In this document: positions 1 to 8,397 of the stretch, piece by piece | Numbering within the stretch: the first letter of the stretch is position 1 | Layout: each line of letters starts with the position of its first letter | Assembly (NCBI GenBank): GCA_910588455.1 | Contig: CAJUPG010000001.1 | Span: 1,592 to 65,591, forward strand | Direction of reading: 5' to 3' | Source of the DNA: an uncultured Oscillospiraceae bacterium | Lineage (GTDB): Bacteria > Bacillota > Clostridia > Oscillospirales > Oscillospiraceae | DNA: 64,000 bases | Notes under the pieces: model-generated | Databases searched by the model: none | Told to the model about the DNA's origin: nothing | The model's input: the letters and a program-made list of their open reading frames with translations, nothing else | Program-made: the position numbers and the translations under genes

Positions 1-1405
1 CGAGCGGATTCTGAATAAGCCCGGGCGGCTCACAAGCGATGAATTCGCCATCATGAAAACCCACACCACCATTGGTGCGGAGATGCTGAAAAACCTGCCC
101 TTTCATCAGGAGCATCCTATGGTGCAGCTGGTATATCAGATCTGCCGCTGGCACCACGAGCGCTATGATGGCCGGGGCTATCCCGACGGTCTGGTAGGGG
201 AGGAAATTCCCATCGCCGCCCAGGTGGTAGCCCTGGCAGACGTGTACGACGCGCTGACCAGCGAGCGGGTCTACAAAAAGGGATTTTCCCACGAAAAGGC
301 CATCCAAATGATTGTCAACGGGGAGTGCGGCGCGTTCAGCCCCTTAATGATGGAGTGCCTGCTGGATGTGTCCGACCAGATTGAGAAGGAATTTGTCAAT
401 GGCGGCGGGCAGGTCCAGGCCCAGCAGCGGGAATTGCAGAGCATTTCCCAGGCAATGTCCCAGCACCGGGAGCTGAGCGCCTCCCACCGGACGCTGCAGC
501 TGCTGGAGCACGAGCGGATGAAGTACAACTTCTTTGCCGCGATGTCCCAGGAAATCCAGTTTGAATACACCCTTCTGCCGCCTATGGTCACCCTGAACAC
601 CTGGGGTGCGGAAAAGCTGGGGGTCAGTGAGGTGATTATGGATCCCCACCATGACCCCAAAAACCGGTGTTTCCGGGCGGAGGACTGGAGTGATTTTGCC
701 AAAAACCTGCGCTGCACCACGCCGGAGCACCCGCTGATTACCCAAGAGGTAAAGCTGATGTTCCAGGGGGAACCCAGGTGGTTCCGGGTCATTGCCCGGG
801 CGATCTGGTCCAGCGACGAGCCGCCCCAGTATACCGGCGTGATCGGCAAGGTGGTGGATGTGCAGGAGTCCAAGGTCAAAATGGAATCCCTCCAGCGTAT
901 GGCCAGTCACGACTCCCTTACAGATCTGCTCAACCTGTCCAGCGCCCGCAAGCGGATTGAGGAGCAGATACAGGCGGCCCCGGATGCGGAATACGCCCTG
1001 GCGGTGTTCGATTTGGACAAATTCAAGCAGGCCAACGACAACTTTGGCCACAGCTTCGGCAATGAGGTGCTGATCCGGGTGTCCGAGAAGCTGCGCCAGA
1101 GTGTGCGCAGCGGCGATATCGTGGCCCGTTACGGCGGCGACGAGTTCTTGATTTTCCTGGAGTACAGCCAGGACCTGTATTCCGTCATCGACCGGATTTT
1201 CCACTGCCTGTCCGGAGAGGACTACAAGGGCTTTTTGATCTCCGCCAGCATGGGCGTGGCCCAGTCGTCCATGGTGGGTACTGATTTCAACGCCCTGTTC
1301 CATGCGGCGGATATGGCCCTTTACGCGGTGAAAAACGACGGCCGGGGTATGTTCCGGATTTATGACGAGTCCATTGAGGATTTGCCCGGCAGGGCTGAGG
1401 CATAG
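1..1405 (+). CDS. HD-GYP + GGDEF c-di-GMP turnover protein (5'-truncated by window edge)
   Basis: HHERYDGRGYP and VALADVYDALTSER (HD-GYP); DLDKFKQANDNFGH and RSGD-IVARY-GGDEF (GGDEF with RxxD I-site); frame open to window start. Confidence 0.92.
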   Translation, partial: ERILNKPGRLTSDEFAIMKTHTTIGAEMLKNLPFHQEHPMVQLVYQICRWHHERYDGRGYPDGLVGEEIPIAAQVVALADVYDALTSERVYKKGFSHEKAIQMIVNGECGAFSPLMMECLLDVSDQIEKEFVNGGGQVQAQQRELQSISQAMSQHRELSASHRTLQLLEHERMKYNFFAAMSQEIQFEYTLLPPMVTLNTWGAEKLGVSEVIMDPHHDPKNRCFRAEDWSDFAKNLRCTTPEHPLITQEVKLMFQGEPRWFRVIARAIWSSDEPPQYTGVIGKVVDVQESKVKMESLQRMASHDSLTDLLNLSSARKRIEEQIQAAPDAEYALAVFDLDKFKQANDNFGHSFGNEVLIRVSEKLRQSVRSGDIVARYGGDEFLIFLEYSQDLYSVIDRIFHCLSGEDYKGFLISASMGVAQSSMVGTDFNALFHAADMALYAVKNDGRGMFRIYDESIEDLPGRAEA

Positions 1406-1435
1406 TGTTTGAGTTTCAAGAAGGAGGAAATGGAT

Positions 1436-1798
1436 ATGACGCTTCAGGAGTGCTACATAGCGCTGGGCGGTGATTTTGAAGATGTGAAGCGCCGCCTGCC
1501 CACAGACCGTATGGTTCAGAAATTTGTGCTGAAGTTTCTGAACGACTCCAGCTACCAGCTTTTGTGCGACTCTCTGGAGTCGAAAAATTACCCGGAGGCC
1601 TTCCGGGCGGCCCATACCATCAAGGGCGTGTGCCAAAACCTGAGCTTCACCTGCCTGCAGCAGTCCAGCGAGCAGCTGACTGAGGCCCTTCGCGACGGCC
1701 CCTCGCCGGAAGTACCGGCCCTGTACGCCCAGGTGCAGGCGGATTACAAAAAAACTGCGGATGCCATTCGGGCCTTCCAGGAGGGCCTGGGGGAATGA
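1436..1798 (+). CDS. Hpt (histidine phosphotransfer) protein
   Basis: FRAAHTIKGVCQNL Hpt motif; AAGGAGG at 1421-1427 favours ATG 1436. Confidence 0.9.
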   Translation: MTLQECYIALGGDFEDVKRRLPTDRMVQKFVLKFLNDSSYQLLCDSLESKNYPEAFRAAHTIKGVCQNLSFTCLQQSSEQLTEALRDGPSPEVPALYAQVQADYKKTADAIRAFQEGLGE

Positions 1799-4350
1799 GA
1801 GCACGCAATGAAACCACGCAGTTTTTAAAGATAAGCCTGGCCCTGGTTCTGGTGTGCAGCGTTTCGATCTTCGCCCTGCTGGCTCTGTTTATGCGCCAGG
1901 AGAGCGCCTCCACGATTCGGAAGGTGGGCCGGATGTATATGGCCACCACCAGCGAACAGATTGCCATGCACTTTGAGACGACCATGAATCTGCGCCTGAG
2001 CCAGATGGAAGTGCTGGCGAACATCGCAATCACTGATGAGGTGCACAAGGACGAAGTGCAGCTGAACAGTCTGATTGAGAACACGCGGGCCCGGGGATTT
2101 GAGCACTTGGCGTTTTACCAGTCCGATGGGAGCTTTGAAACTCTCTTTGGTTCGCCCATGGAGGTAACCGACCCTGAGCCGTTTCTGGAGTCCATGAAGC
2201 GGGGCGAGAGCAAGGTAGCCATCGGCAACGACGCGGAAGGGAACAGCATTATTCTGCTGGGCGTGGCCGCCGGCCACACTCCCTCCCGTGACCCTCACTG
2301 TATCGCCCTGGTGGCGGGCCTGCCGGTCTCCTACATCAGCGAGACCCTGTCCCTGAATGAAAACTCGGAGCATATTTACTCCTTTATTATCCGGCGGGAC
2401 GGCAGCTTTGTGATCCGCACCAGTGACGCCACCCGGGACAGCTACTTCGACCGGGTGCGCAGTCTGTATGAGTCGGTGGATGGGGGCGATCCGGAGGAGT
2501 ATATTCAGGCGCTGACCCAGGCGATGGAGAAGGAGGAGGACTATTCCGCCGAATTTGTCATTTACGGCGACTCCCGGCAGGTCTACTGCACCAAGCTGAG
2601 CCAGTCTGAGTGGTATCTGCTTACCTTTATGCCGTACCGGGCCCTGGACCGGGTAGTGATGGGCTTTACCTCCCATTGGACGGTGCTGCTTCTGGGGGCG
2701 TGCGCCCTGGTGGTTGTAGTGCTGCTGCTGGTGTTTATCAAGTATTTCCGCATGACCAAGGAGCAGATGCGGGCGCTGGTGAAAGCCCAGCGGGAGGCGG
2801 AGAGCGCCAACAAGGCCAAGAGCGAATTTTTATCCAATATGAGCCACGACATCCGCACACCTATGAACGCCATTGTGGGCATGACGGCCATTGCCACCGC
2901 CAACATTGACAACAAGCAGCAGGTGCAGAACTGTCTGAAAAAGATTACCATGTCCAGCAAGCACCTGCTGGGACTGATCAACGACGTGCTGGATATGTCC
3001 AAAATCGAGAGCGGCAAAATGACCCTGAATGTAGACCAGGTTTCCCTGCGGGAAGTGCTGGACGAGATTGTGAGCATTGTCCAGCCGCAGATGAAGCTGA
3101 AAAATCAGCAGTTTAACGTATTTGTCAAGGACATTTCCACGGAAAATGTGTGCTGTGACAGTGTGCGTCTGAACCAGGTGCTGATTAACTTCCTGTCCAA
3201 CGCCGTAAAATTCACTCCGGAAAAAGGCTCCGTTTCCCTGACGCTGGACGAGTCGGAGTCCCCCAAGGGAGAGGAATACGTGCGTATATACCTCCAGGTG
3301 AAGGACAACGGCATCGGCATGACCCCAGAGTTTAAGGAGAAAATCTTCGAGTCCTTCACGCGGGAGGACAGCACCCGGGTCCGCAAGACGGAGGGAACCG
3401 GTCTGGGAATGGCCATAACCAAGTGCATCGTCGATGCGATGGGGGGAACCATTGAAGTTATCAGCGCCCCGGGCCAGGGGACCGAGTTCAACGTGACACT
3501 GGATCTGGAAAAAGCCATAATCCAGGAGGTCGACATGGTTCTGCCCAGCTGGAATATGCTGGTGGTTGACGATGACAAGCAGCTGTGCGAGAGCACGGTG
3601 GCGTCCCTGAAGTCGATCGGTGTAAACGCGGACTGGACCCTGTCTGGGGAAGAGGCCGTGGTGATGGTGGACAAGCGCCACCGCCGGGGGGACGATTACC
3701 ACATTATCCTGCTGGACTGGAAGCTGCCAGGGATTGACGGCATTGCCGCCGCCCGGGAGATTCGCCGCATGGTGGCGGACGACGTGCCTATTCTGCTGAT
3801 TTCCGCCTATGACTGGAGCGAGATTGAGGAGGAGGCCAAGGCGGCCGGAGTAACCGGCTTTATCGCAAAGCCCCTGTTCCGGTCTACGCTGTTCTATGGC
3901 CTGAAGCCATATGCCACAGGCGGTCTGGACATATCCAATCAAGACGAAATGCCCCGTGAGCCGGATGTAAGCGGCAAGAAAATTCTGCTGGCAGAGGACA
4001 ACGACCTGAACTGGGAGATTGCGGATGAGCTGCTTTCGGACTTGGGTCTGGAGCTGGAGCGGGCGGAAAATGGACAGGTCTGCGTGGAGATTTTCCAGCA
4101 GTCTGAGGTGGGCTATTATGACGCCATTCTGATGGACATCCGGATGCCCATTATGACGGGCTATGAGGCGGCCCAGACCATCCGCAGCCTCCACCGGCCG
4201 GATGCGTCGGAGATCCCCATCATTGCGATGACTGCGGACGCCTTTTCGGAGGACATCAAGCGAAGCCTGGACTGCGGCATGAACGCTCACGTGGCAAAAC
4301 CCATCGACGTGCGGGAGGTTGTGCGCCTTCTGGCGAAATATATGCGATAA
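1795..4350 (+). CDS. Membrane hybrid sensor histidine kinase with two receiver domains
   Basis: Two TM segments; H-box SHDIRTPMN, N-box NAVKFT, DNGIGM, GTGLG; REC motifs LLDWKLP and LMDIRMP; ATGA overlap with Hpt gene. Confidence 0.95.
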   Translation: MRARNETTQFLKISLALVLVCSVSIFALLALFMRQESASTIRKVGRMYMATTSEQIAMHFETTMNLRLSQMEVLANIAITDEVHKDEVQLNSLIENTRARGFEHLAFYQSDGSFETLFGSPMEVTDPEPFLESMKRGESKVAIGNDAEGNSIILLGVAAGHTPSRDPHCIALVAGLPVSYISETLSLNENSEHIYSFIIRRDGSFVIRTSDATRDSYFDRVRSLYESVDGGDPEEYIQALTQAMEKEEDYSAEFVIYGDSRQVYCTKLSQSEWYLLTFMPYRALDRVVMGFTSHWTVLLLGACALVVVVLLLVFIKYFRMTKEQMRALVKAQREAESANKAKSEFLSNMSHDIRTPMNAIVGMTAIATANIDNKQQVQNCLKKITMSSKHLLGLINDVLDMSKIESGKMTLNVDQVSLREVLDEIVSIVQPQMKLKNQQFNVFVKDISTENVCCDSVRLNQVLINFLSNAVKFTPEKGSVSLTLDESESPKGEEYVRIYLQVKDNGIGMTPEFKEKIFESFTREDSTRVRKTEGTGLGMAITKCIVDAMGGTIEVISAPGQGTEFNVTLDLEKAIIQEVDMVLPSWNMLVVDDDKQLCESTVASLKSIGVNADWTLSGEEAVVMVDKRHRRGDDYHIILLDWKLPGIDGIAAAREIRRMVADDVPILLISAYDWSEIEEEAKAAGVTGFIAKPLFRSTLFYGLKPYATGGLDISNQDEMPREPDVSGKKILLAEDNDLNWEIADELLSDLGLELERAENGQVCVEIFQQSEVGYYDAILMDIRMPIMTGYEAAQTIRSLHRPDASEIPIIAMTADAFSEDIKRSLDCGMNAHVAKPIDVREVVRLLAKYMR

Positions 4351-4353
4351 CAG

Positions 4354-4391
4354 AAAAACGTCCCGCCGGAGCAATCCGGCGGGACGTTTTT
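4354..4391. terminator. Bidirectional intrinsic terminator
   Basis: AAAAACGTCCCGCCGGA-GCAA-TCCGGCGGGACGTTTTT between convergent genes. Confidence 0.9.
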
Positions 4392-4396
4392 GGGCT

Positions 4397-5488
4397 TCAG
4401 GACTCAATGCCTCTGGAAATCAGATATTTTTTGACCATCAGGGCGACTTTAAATGTGATTGCGTCGTCGAACTCCCGCAGGTCCAGACCGGTAAGCTTTT
4501 TGATTTTTTCCAGCCGGTACACCAAGGTATTCCGGTGGACAAAGAGCTTCCGGGCGGTTTCGGACACATTCAGGTTGTTTTCAAAGAACTTGTTGATGGT
4601 GAGCAGGGTCTCCTGGTCCAGTGCGTCGATGGGGTTCTTTTTAAATACTTCTTGTAAAAACATCTGGCACAGAATGGTGGGAAGCTGGTAGATCAGCCGG
4701 CCGATGCCCAGGTTCTCGTAGTTGATGACGGTTTTTTCTGTGTCAAACACCTTGCCCACGTCGATGGCCACCCCGGCCTCTTTGTAGGCCCGGGCCAGGT
4801 CCCGGATGTGGGGGACGATGGTGCCGATGCCGATCACCACTTTAATGCCCAGCTCCTGGGTAACGGCGGTGGAAATCTGCTTGGCAATTTTCAGCAGATC
4901 CTTGGAGTCGGCGCCTTCGGACAGCTGCTTGATCAGGGCAATGTCCGTCTCGTTGATGGAGATGACAAAATCGCTCTGCTTGTCCGGAAACAGGTTTTGA
5001 ATTACGTCGATGGCGGAAACATCCGCCGGCCCCAGCTGGCGCACCAGGAAGGTAGCCCGTGGGGCTTCCGATAGGAAATGGAGTTCCTTGGCCTGGGTGT
5101 AGATGTCCCCCAGGAGGATATTGTCGGAGATAATATTTTTGACAAAGGTGGCCTTGTCGTGCTTCTCCTCGTAGTAGGATTTGGCGGAGTTGAACGTAAC
5201 TACCGCCATTGCGCACAGGCTGGCGGCAGTTTCATCCTCGCCGGTGATGAATGCGGCATAGTCGTACTGGACGCCCCAGCCGGTGAGAGGCTTGAAGGTT
5301 TTGCCTTCAAAGGCGGCGGCGCCGTTGTCCGATGCGCTGATGGCGCTCACCGCGCCGGGCCAATGCTCGCCCACGCAGGTAAGCTCGCTGCAGGCAACCA
5401 CAATTCCATCCGCGTCGATCACGCCCACCGTCCGATCAATGCTGTCTTTCATCTGGTGCACGACTCCCTGGAACATCCTGCTGGACAC
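4397..5488 (-). CDS. CdaR/PucR-family transcriptional regulator
   Basis: C-terminal HTH NLNVSETARKLFVHRNTLVYRLEKI; N-terminal sensor region; GTG start with GGAGG. Confidence 0.88.
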   Translation of the reverse strand: MSSRMFQGVVHQMKDSIDRTVGVIDADGIVVACSELTCVGEHWPGAVSAISASDNGAAAFEGKTFKPLTGWGVQYDYAAFITGEDETAASLCAMAVVTFNSAKSYYEEKHDKATFVKNIISDNILLGDIYTQAKELHFLSEAPRATFLVRQLGPADVSAIDVIQNLFPDKQSDFVISINETDIALIKQLSEGADSKDLLKIAKQISTAVTQELGIKVVIGIGTIVPHIRDLARAYKEAGVAIDVGKVFDTEKTVINYENLGIGRLIYQLPTILCQMFLQEVFKKNPIDALDQETLLTINKFFENNLNVSETARKLFVHRNTLVYRLEKIKKLTGLDLREFDDAITFKVALMVKKYLISRGIES

Positions 5489-5549
5489 ACCAATCCCTCC
5501 TAGAAATCATTTTTATTTGAAAACTGTCATTTTTTCTTTCACGAGTTCT

Positions 5550-5579
5550 ATTATAGCGAATAACCCCCCTGTTTGGCAA
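5550..5579 (-). promoter_or_regulatory. SigA-type promoter of CdaR-family gene
   Basis: TTGCCA-18-TATAAT on minus strand. Confidence 0.6.
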
Positions 5580-5629
5580 GAGGTTTTGGCAATTTTTTTG
5601 TTCAAAATGCCGAAAAGTTTTTTCTGCCC

Positions 5630-6343
5630 TCATTTCAGCGCCAGAAGGGCGGTCCGTTCCCCCTGGGTTAATTCCCGCCACTGGCCGGGTTTCAAGGCTT
5701 CATCCAGCACCAGGGGGCCCATGGACAGCCGCTTCAAGGCGGTAACCGGTGCGCCCCGGGCCTCCAGCATTCGTTTGACCTGGTGGTATTTGCCTTCCCG
5801 CAGGGTAATGCGGCAGGCCCGGCCCCCCTCCAGCAGCTCCAGACCGGCGGGGAGGCATTGCAAGCCGTCCGGGAGGGTGAGCCCCCGGGCCAGGGCCTCC
5901 TGGTCCGCTCGGGTAAGCAGGCCGTCCACCTGGGCGAAGTAGACCTTGTCCACGTGGCGTTTGGGGGAGAGCAGGGCGTGGCCCAGGTCTCCGTCGTCAG
6001 TAAGCAGGAGCAGGCCCGTGGTGTCCTTGTCCAGACGCCCGGCGGGGAAGAGACCTCGGCGGCACAGGTGCTCCGGCAGCAGGTTCAGTACAGTTGGGGT
6101 ATGCTTGTCCCGGGTGGCGGACAGCAGGCCCGGCGGCTTGTGGAGCATCAGGTAGATGAAGGGGGAGCAGTCCACCGGCGCGCCGTCCACGCGGATTTCG
6201 GCGGTATGTTCATATTTCTCGTCCTCCCGGGCGGCGGTGCGGCCCTGGACGGACACCCGGCCCTGGCGTACCAGTTCCCGGGCCTCCTTCCGAGACCAGC
6301 GTCCGGTAGAGGAGAGGAGCTTGTCAAGGCGTTGCTGGGGCAT
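5630..6343 (-). CDS. rsuA: RsuA-family rRNA pseudouridine synthase
   Basis: S4 domain RLDKLL; GRLDKDTTGLLLLT catalytic motif; EGKYHQVKRM. Confidence 0.88.
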   Translation of the reverse strand: MPQQRLDKLLSSTGRWSRKEARELVRQGRVSVQGRTAAREDEKYEHTAEIRVDGAPVDCSPFIYLMLHKPPGLLSATRDKHTPTVLNLLPEHLCRRGLFPAGRLDKDTTGLLLLTDDGDLGHALLSPKRHVDKVYFAQVDGLLTRADQEALARGLTLPDGLQCLPAGLELLEGGRACRITLREGKYHQVKRMLEARGAPVTALKRLSMGPLVLDEALKPGQWRELTQGERTALLALK

Positions 6344-6366
6344 AGGGGGACCTCCCTGCGTTACTT

Positions 6367-6454
6367 TTATTCTTGGCCCAGTAGGTAATCGGCGGAGACA
6401 TCAAAATAATCGGCAAAAAAAACAAAGTAGTCGTTGGAATATTGATTTGTCCAT
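6367..6454 (-). pseudogene. Remnant of an XRE/HTH_3 regulator gene (C-terminal fragment)
   Basis: Translates to ADYFDVSADYLLGQE*, the typical last helices of XRE HTH proteins; no intact N-terminal HTH in frame. Confidence 0.45.
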
Positions 6455-6586
6455 TTGAGGGCGAATTCACCAAAACCGAAAAAGAGGACATGGAAACCGG
6501 AGGATCTGCGCTGACCGCTCTCCAGGTCTATTTCTCCAGAACTCCGCATAGAAATGGACCAATGAAACCGGAAGGAGAGAACTGCT

Positions 6587-7066
6587 GTGATGATTCTGAC
6601 CGCAAAGCTGCCCCGCCGCCGGGCGCGGCTGTGTCTGGGGGTGGCGGCTGCCGCGCTGCTGTGCTGCGGCGCGCTGACCATGTTCCTGGGTAGGGGGATG
6701 GTTCCGGCCTCCGGCTCCGCCCAGCCCAGCCCCAAGGGCGTGAAATCCAATGAGGACCGGGTGGCCTATCTTCAGGCCTGGGGCTGGCAGGTGTCCCAGG
6801 AGCCCGTTGTCACCCAGGAGCTGCTAATTCCCCAGGAGCTGGACGAGAGCTACCAGGAGTATCTGGCCCTGCAAGCCGCACAGGGCTTTGATTTGGAAAA
6901 GTGCGCCGGGAAGCGGGTGAAGCGGTATACCTATGAGATTACCAACTACCCCACCGGGGAGGCCGGGGTACAGGTCAATCTGCTCATTCGGAAAAACACT
7001 GTGGTGGGCGGTGAGGTGATGTCCTCCCAGCCTGGGGGGTTCCTCCATGGGCTGGCCATGCCTTAG
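6587..7066 (+). CDS. DUF4830-like membrane-anchored protein
   Basis: N-terminal TM; YLALQAAQGFDL..GKRVKRYTYEITNYP pattern of this clostridial family; AAGGAG upstream. Confidence 0.7.
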   Translation: MMILTAKLPRRRARLCLGVAAAALLCCGALTMFLGRGMVPASGSAQPSPKGVKSNEDRVAYLQAWGWQVSQEPVVTQELLIPQELDESYQEYLALQAAQGFDLEKCAGKRVKRYTYEITNYPTGEAGVQVNLLIRKNTVVGGEVMSSQPGGFLHGLAMP

Positions 7067-7890
7067 CGCGGGTCCAGATGGACGTTCAGGTGGTTGTATG
7101 TCATTTCCACGCCATATTTCTCAAAGGAGTCCCGGGCCCCCTCCAGTAGGGCATAGTAGACGGTCCAGTAGTCGTCGCTGTCCGTCCACACCCGGACCAC
7201 GTAGTCGATGGCGCTGGACTGATAGGCGCTGACGCGGATGGCCGGGGCAGGCTCGGGTTTGATTTGCGGAATGGAGTCCACCACCTCCTGAATGGCCTGC
7301 TTGACCGTCTGGGCCGGCGCTTCGTAGGAGGCGGAGAGGGTTACATCCACCCGCCGGCCCTCCTCATGGTTGGTGAAGTTGATGATCTTGGCGGCGGACA
7401 TCTGGCTGTTTGGGACGCTGATGTGCTTGCCGTCAAAGGACAGCAGCCGGGTGTAGGACAGACCAATGGACTCCACTGTCCCCTCGATGCCGTCGGCCTG
7501 GATGTAGTCCCCGGGCTGGAAGGGTTTTGCCGCCAGAATCGTCATGCCCCCGGCCAGGTTGGTCAAGGTGTTCTGCAGGGCCAGGGAAACCGCCAGGCCC
7601 GCCACGCTCAGCAGGGCGATGAGGGGGGCGATGTCCACCTCCAGGGAGCCCAGCAGGGTGAGAATCAGCAGCACCCACAGAGAGACGCGGACAAGGGAGC
7701 GCAGCTGCTTGTGAAGGCCGAACAAATCCTTGTGCCGGTCCAGCAGCCGGTCCACCGCCTTCATCAGCAGGCGGATCACCAGAAATCCTATGGCAAAAAT
7801 AAAAATGGTCCGGAACAGAAGTTCAAAGGACAGCTTGCTGGGGTCCAGCGCGCCGAACACCTCCTGGACCGTGCTTTCGTCTACCGGCAT
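7063..7890 (-). CDS. mscS: Small-conductance mechanosensitive channel (MscS family)
   Basis: GLAVSLALQNTLTNLAGG, PFQPGDYI, GTVESIGL, VPNSQ motifs. Confidence 0.92.
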   Translation of the reverse strand: MPVDESTVQEVFGALDPSKLSFELLFRTIFIFAIGFLVIRLLMKAVDRLLDRHKDLFGLHKQLRSLVRVSLWVLLILTLLGSLEVDIAPLIALLSVAGLAVSLALQNTLTNLAGGMTILAAKPFQPGDYIQADGIEGTVESIGLSYTRLLSFDGKHISVPNSQMSAAKIINFTNHEEGRRVDVTLSASYEAPAQTVKQAIQEVVDSIPQIKPEPAPAIRVSAYQSSAIDYVVRVWTDSDDYWTVYYALLEGARDSFEKYGVEMTYNHLNVHLDPR

Positions 7891-7892
7891 GG

Positions 7893-8258
7893 CTATACCT
7901 CCCCCACGTAGCGCTTGAGACAGTCGAAGGTCTCGGGGCTGATGTGGTGTTCAATGCGGCAGGCGTCCCGGGCGGCGGTTTCGGGCGAAACCCCCAGCTG
8001 GACCAGCCAGTGGGAGAGAAACTGGTGCCGCTCGTAGACGCTTCGGGCGACCGCCTCCCCCTCGGTGGTAAGCAGCAGCCGACCGTCGCTCTCCATGGTG
8101 ATGTATCCATTGGTCCGGAGAATGGACATGGCCCGGCTGATGGAGGGCTTGGAGTAGCCCAGGTGCTGTACCACGTCGATGGAGCGCACAGAGCCGTTTT
8201 TTTCCCGCAGCATCAGAATGGCTTCCAGATAATCTTCGCCGGATTCGTGCAGAGACAT
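7893..8258 (-). CDS. DtxR/MntR-family metal-dependent regulator
   Basis: SGEDYLEAI, YERHQFL, DACRIEH; start moved to MSLHES (GGAGG upstream). Confidence 0.92.
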   Translation of the reverse strand: MSLHESGEDYLEAILMLREKNGSVRSIDVVQHLGYSKPSISRAMSILRTNGYITMESDGRLLLTTEGEAVARSVYERHQFLSHWLVQLGVSPETAARDACRIEHHISPETFDCLKRYVGEV

Positions 8259-8295
8259 AAGCAGTATCCTCCCGAACAAGATTGGGTCTGCGGAC

Positions 8296-8324
8296 AGTGT
8301 AACATATTTTTGCCCTGCTGGCAA
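8296..8324 (-). promoter_or_regulatory. SigA-type promoter for DtxR-family/mscS operon
   Basis: TTGCCA-17-TACACT with extended TG. Confidence 0.6.
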
Positions 8325-8397
8325 CGGGTGAATTGTATAATCCTCCCAAAAGGGGGAACAATCCAGAGGAATAATGAGTCATTGGAGGGGTCACAAG

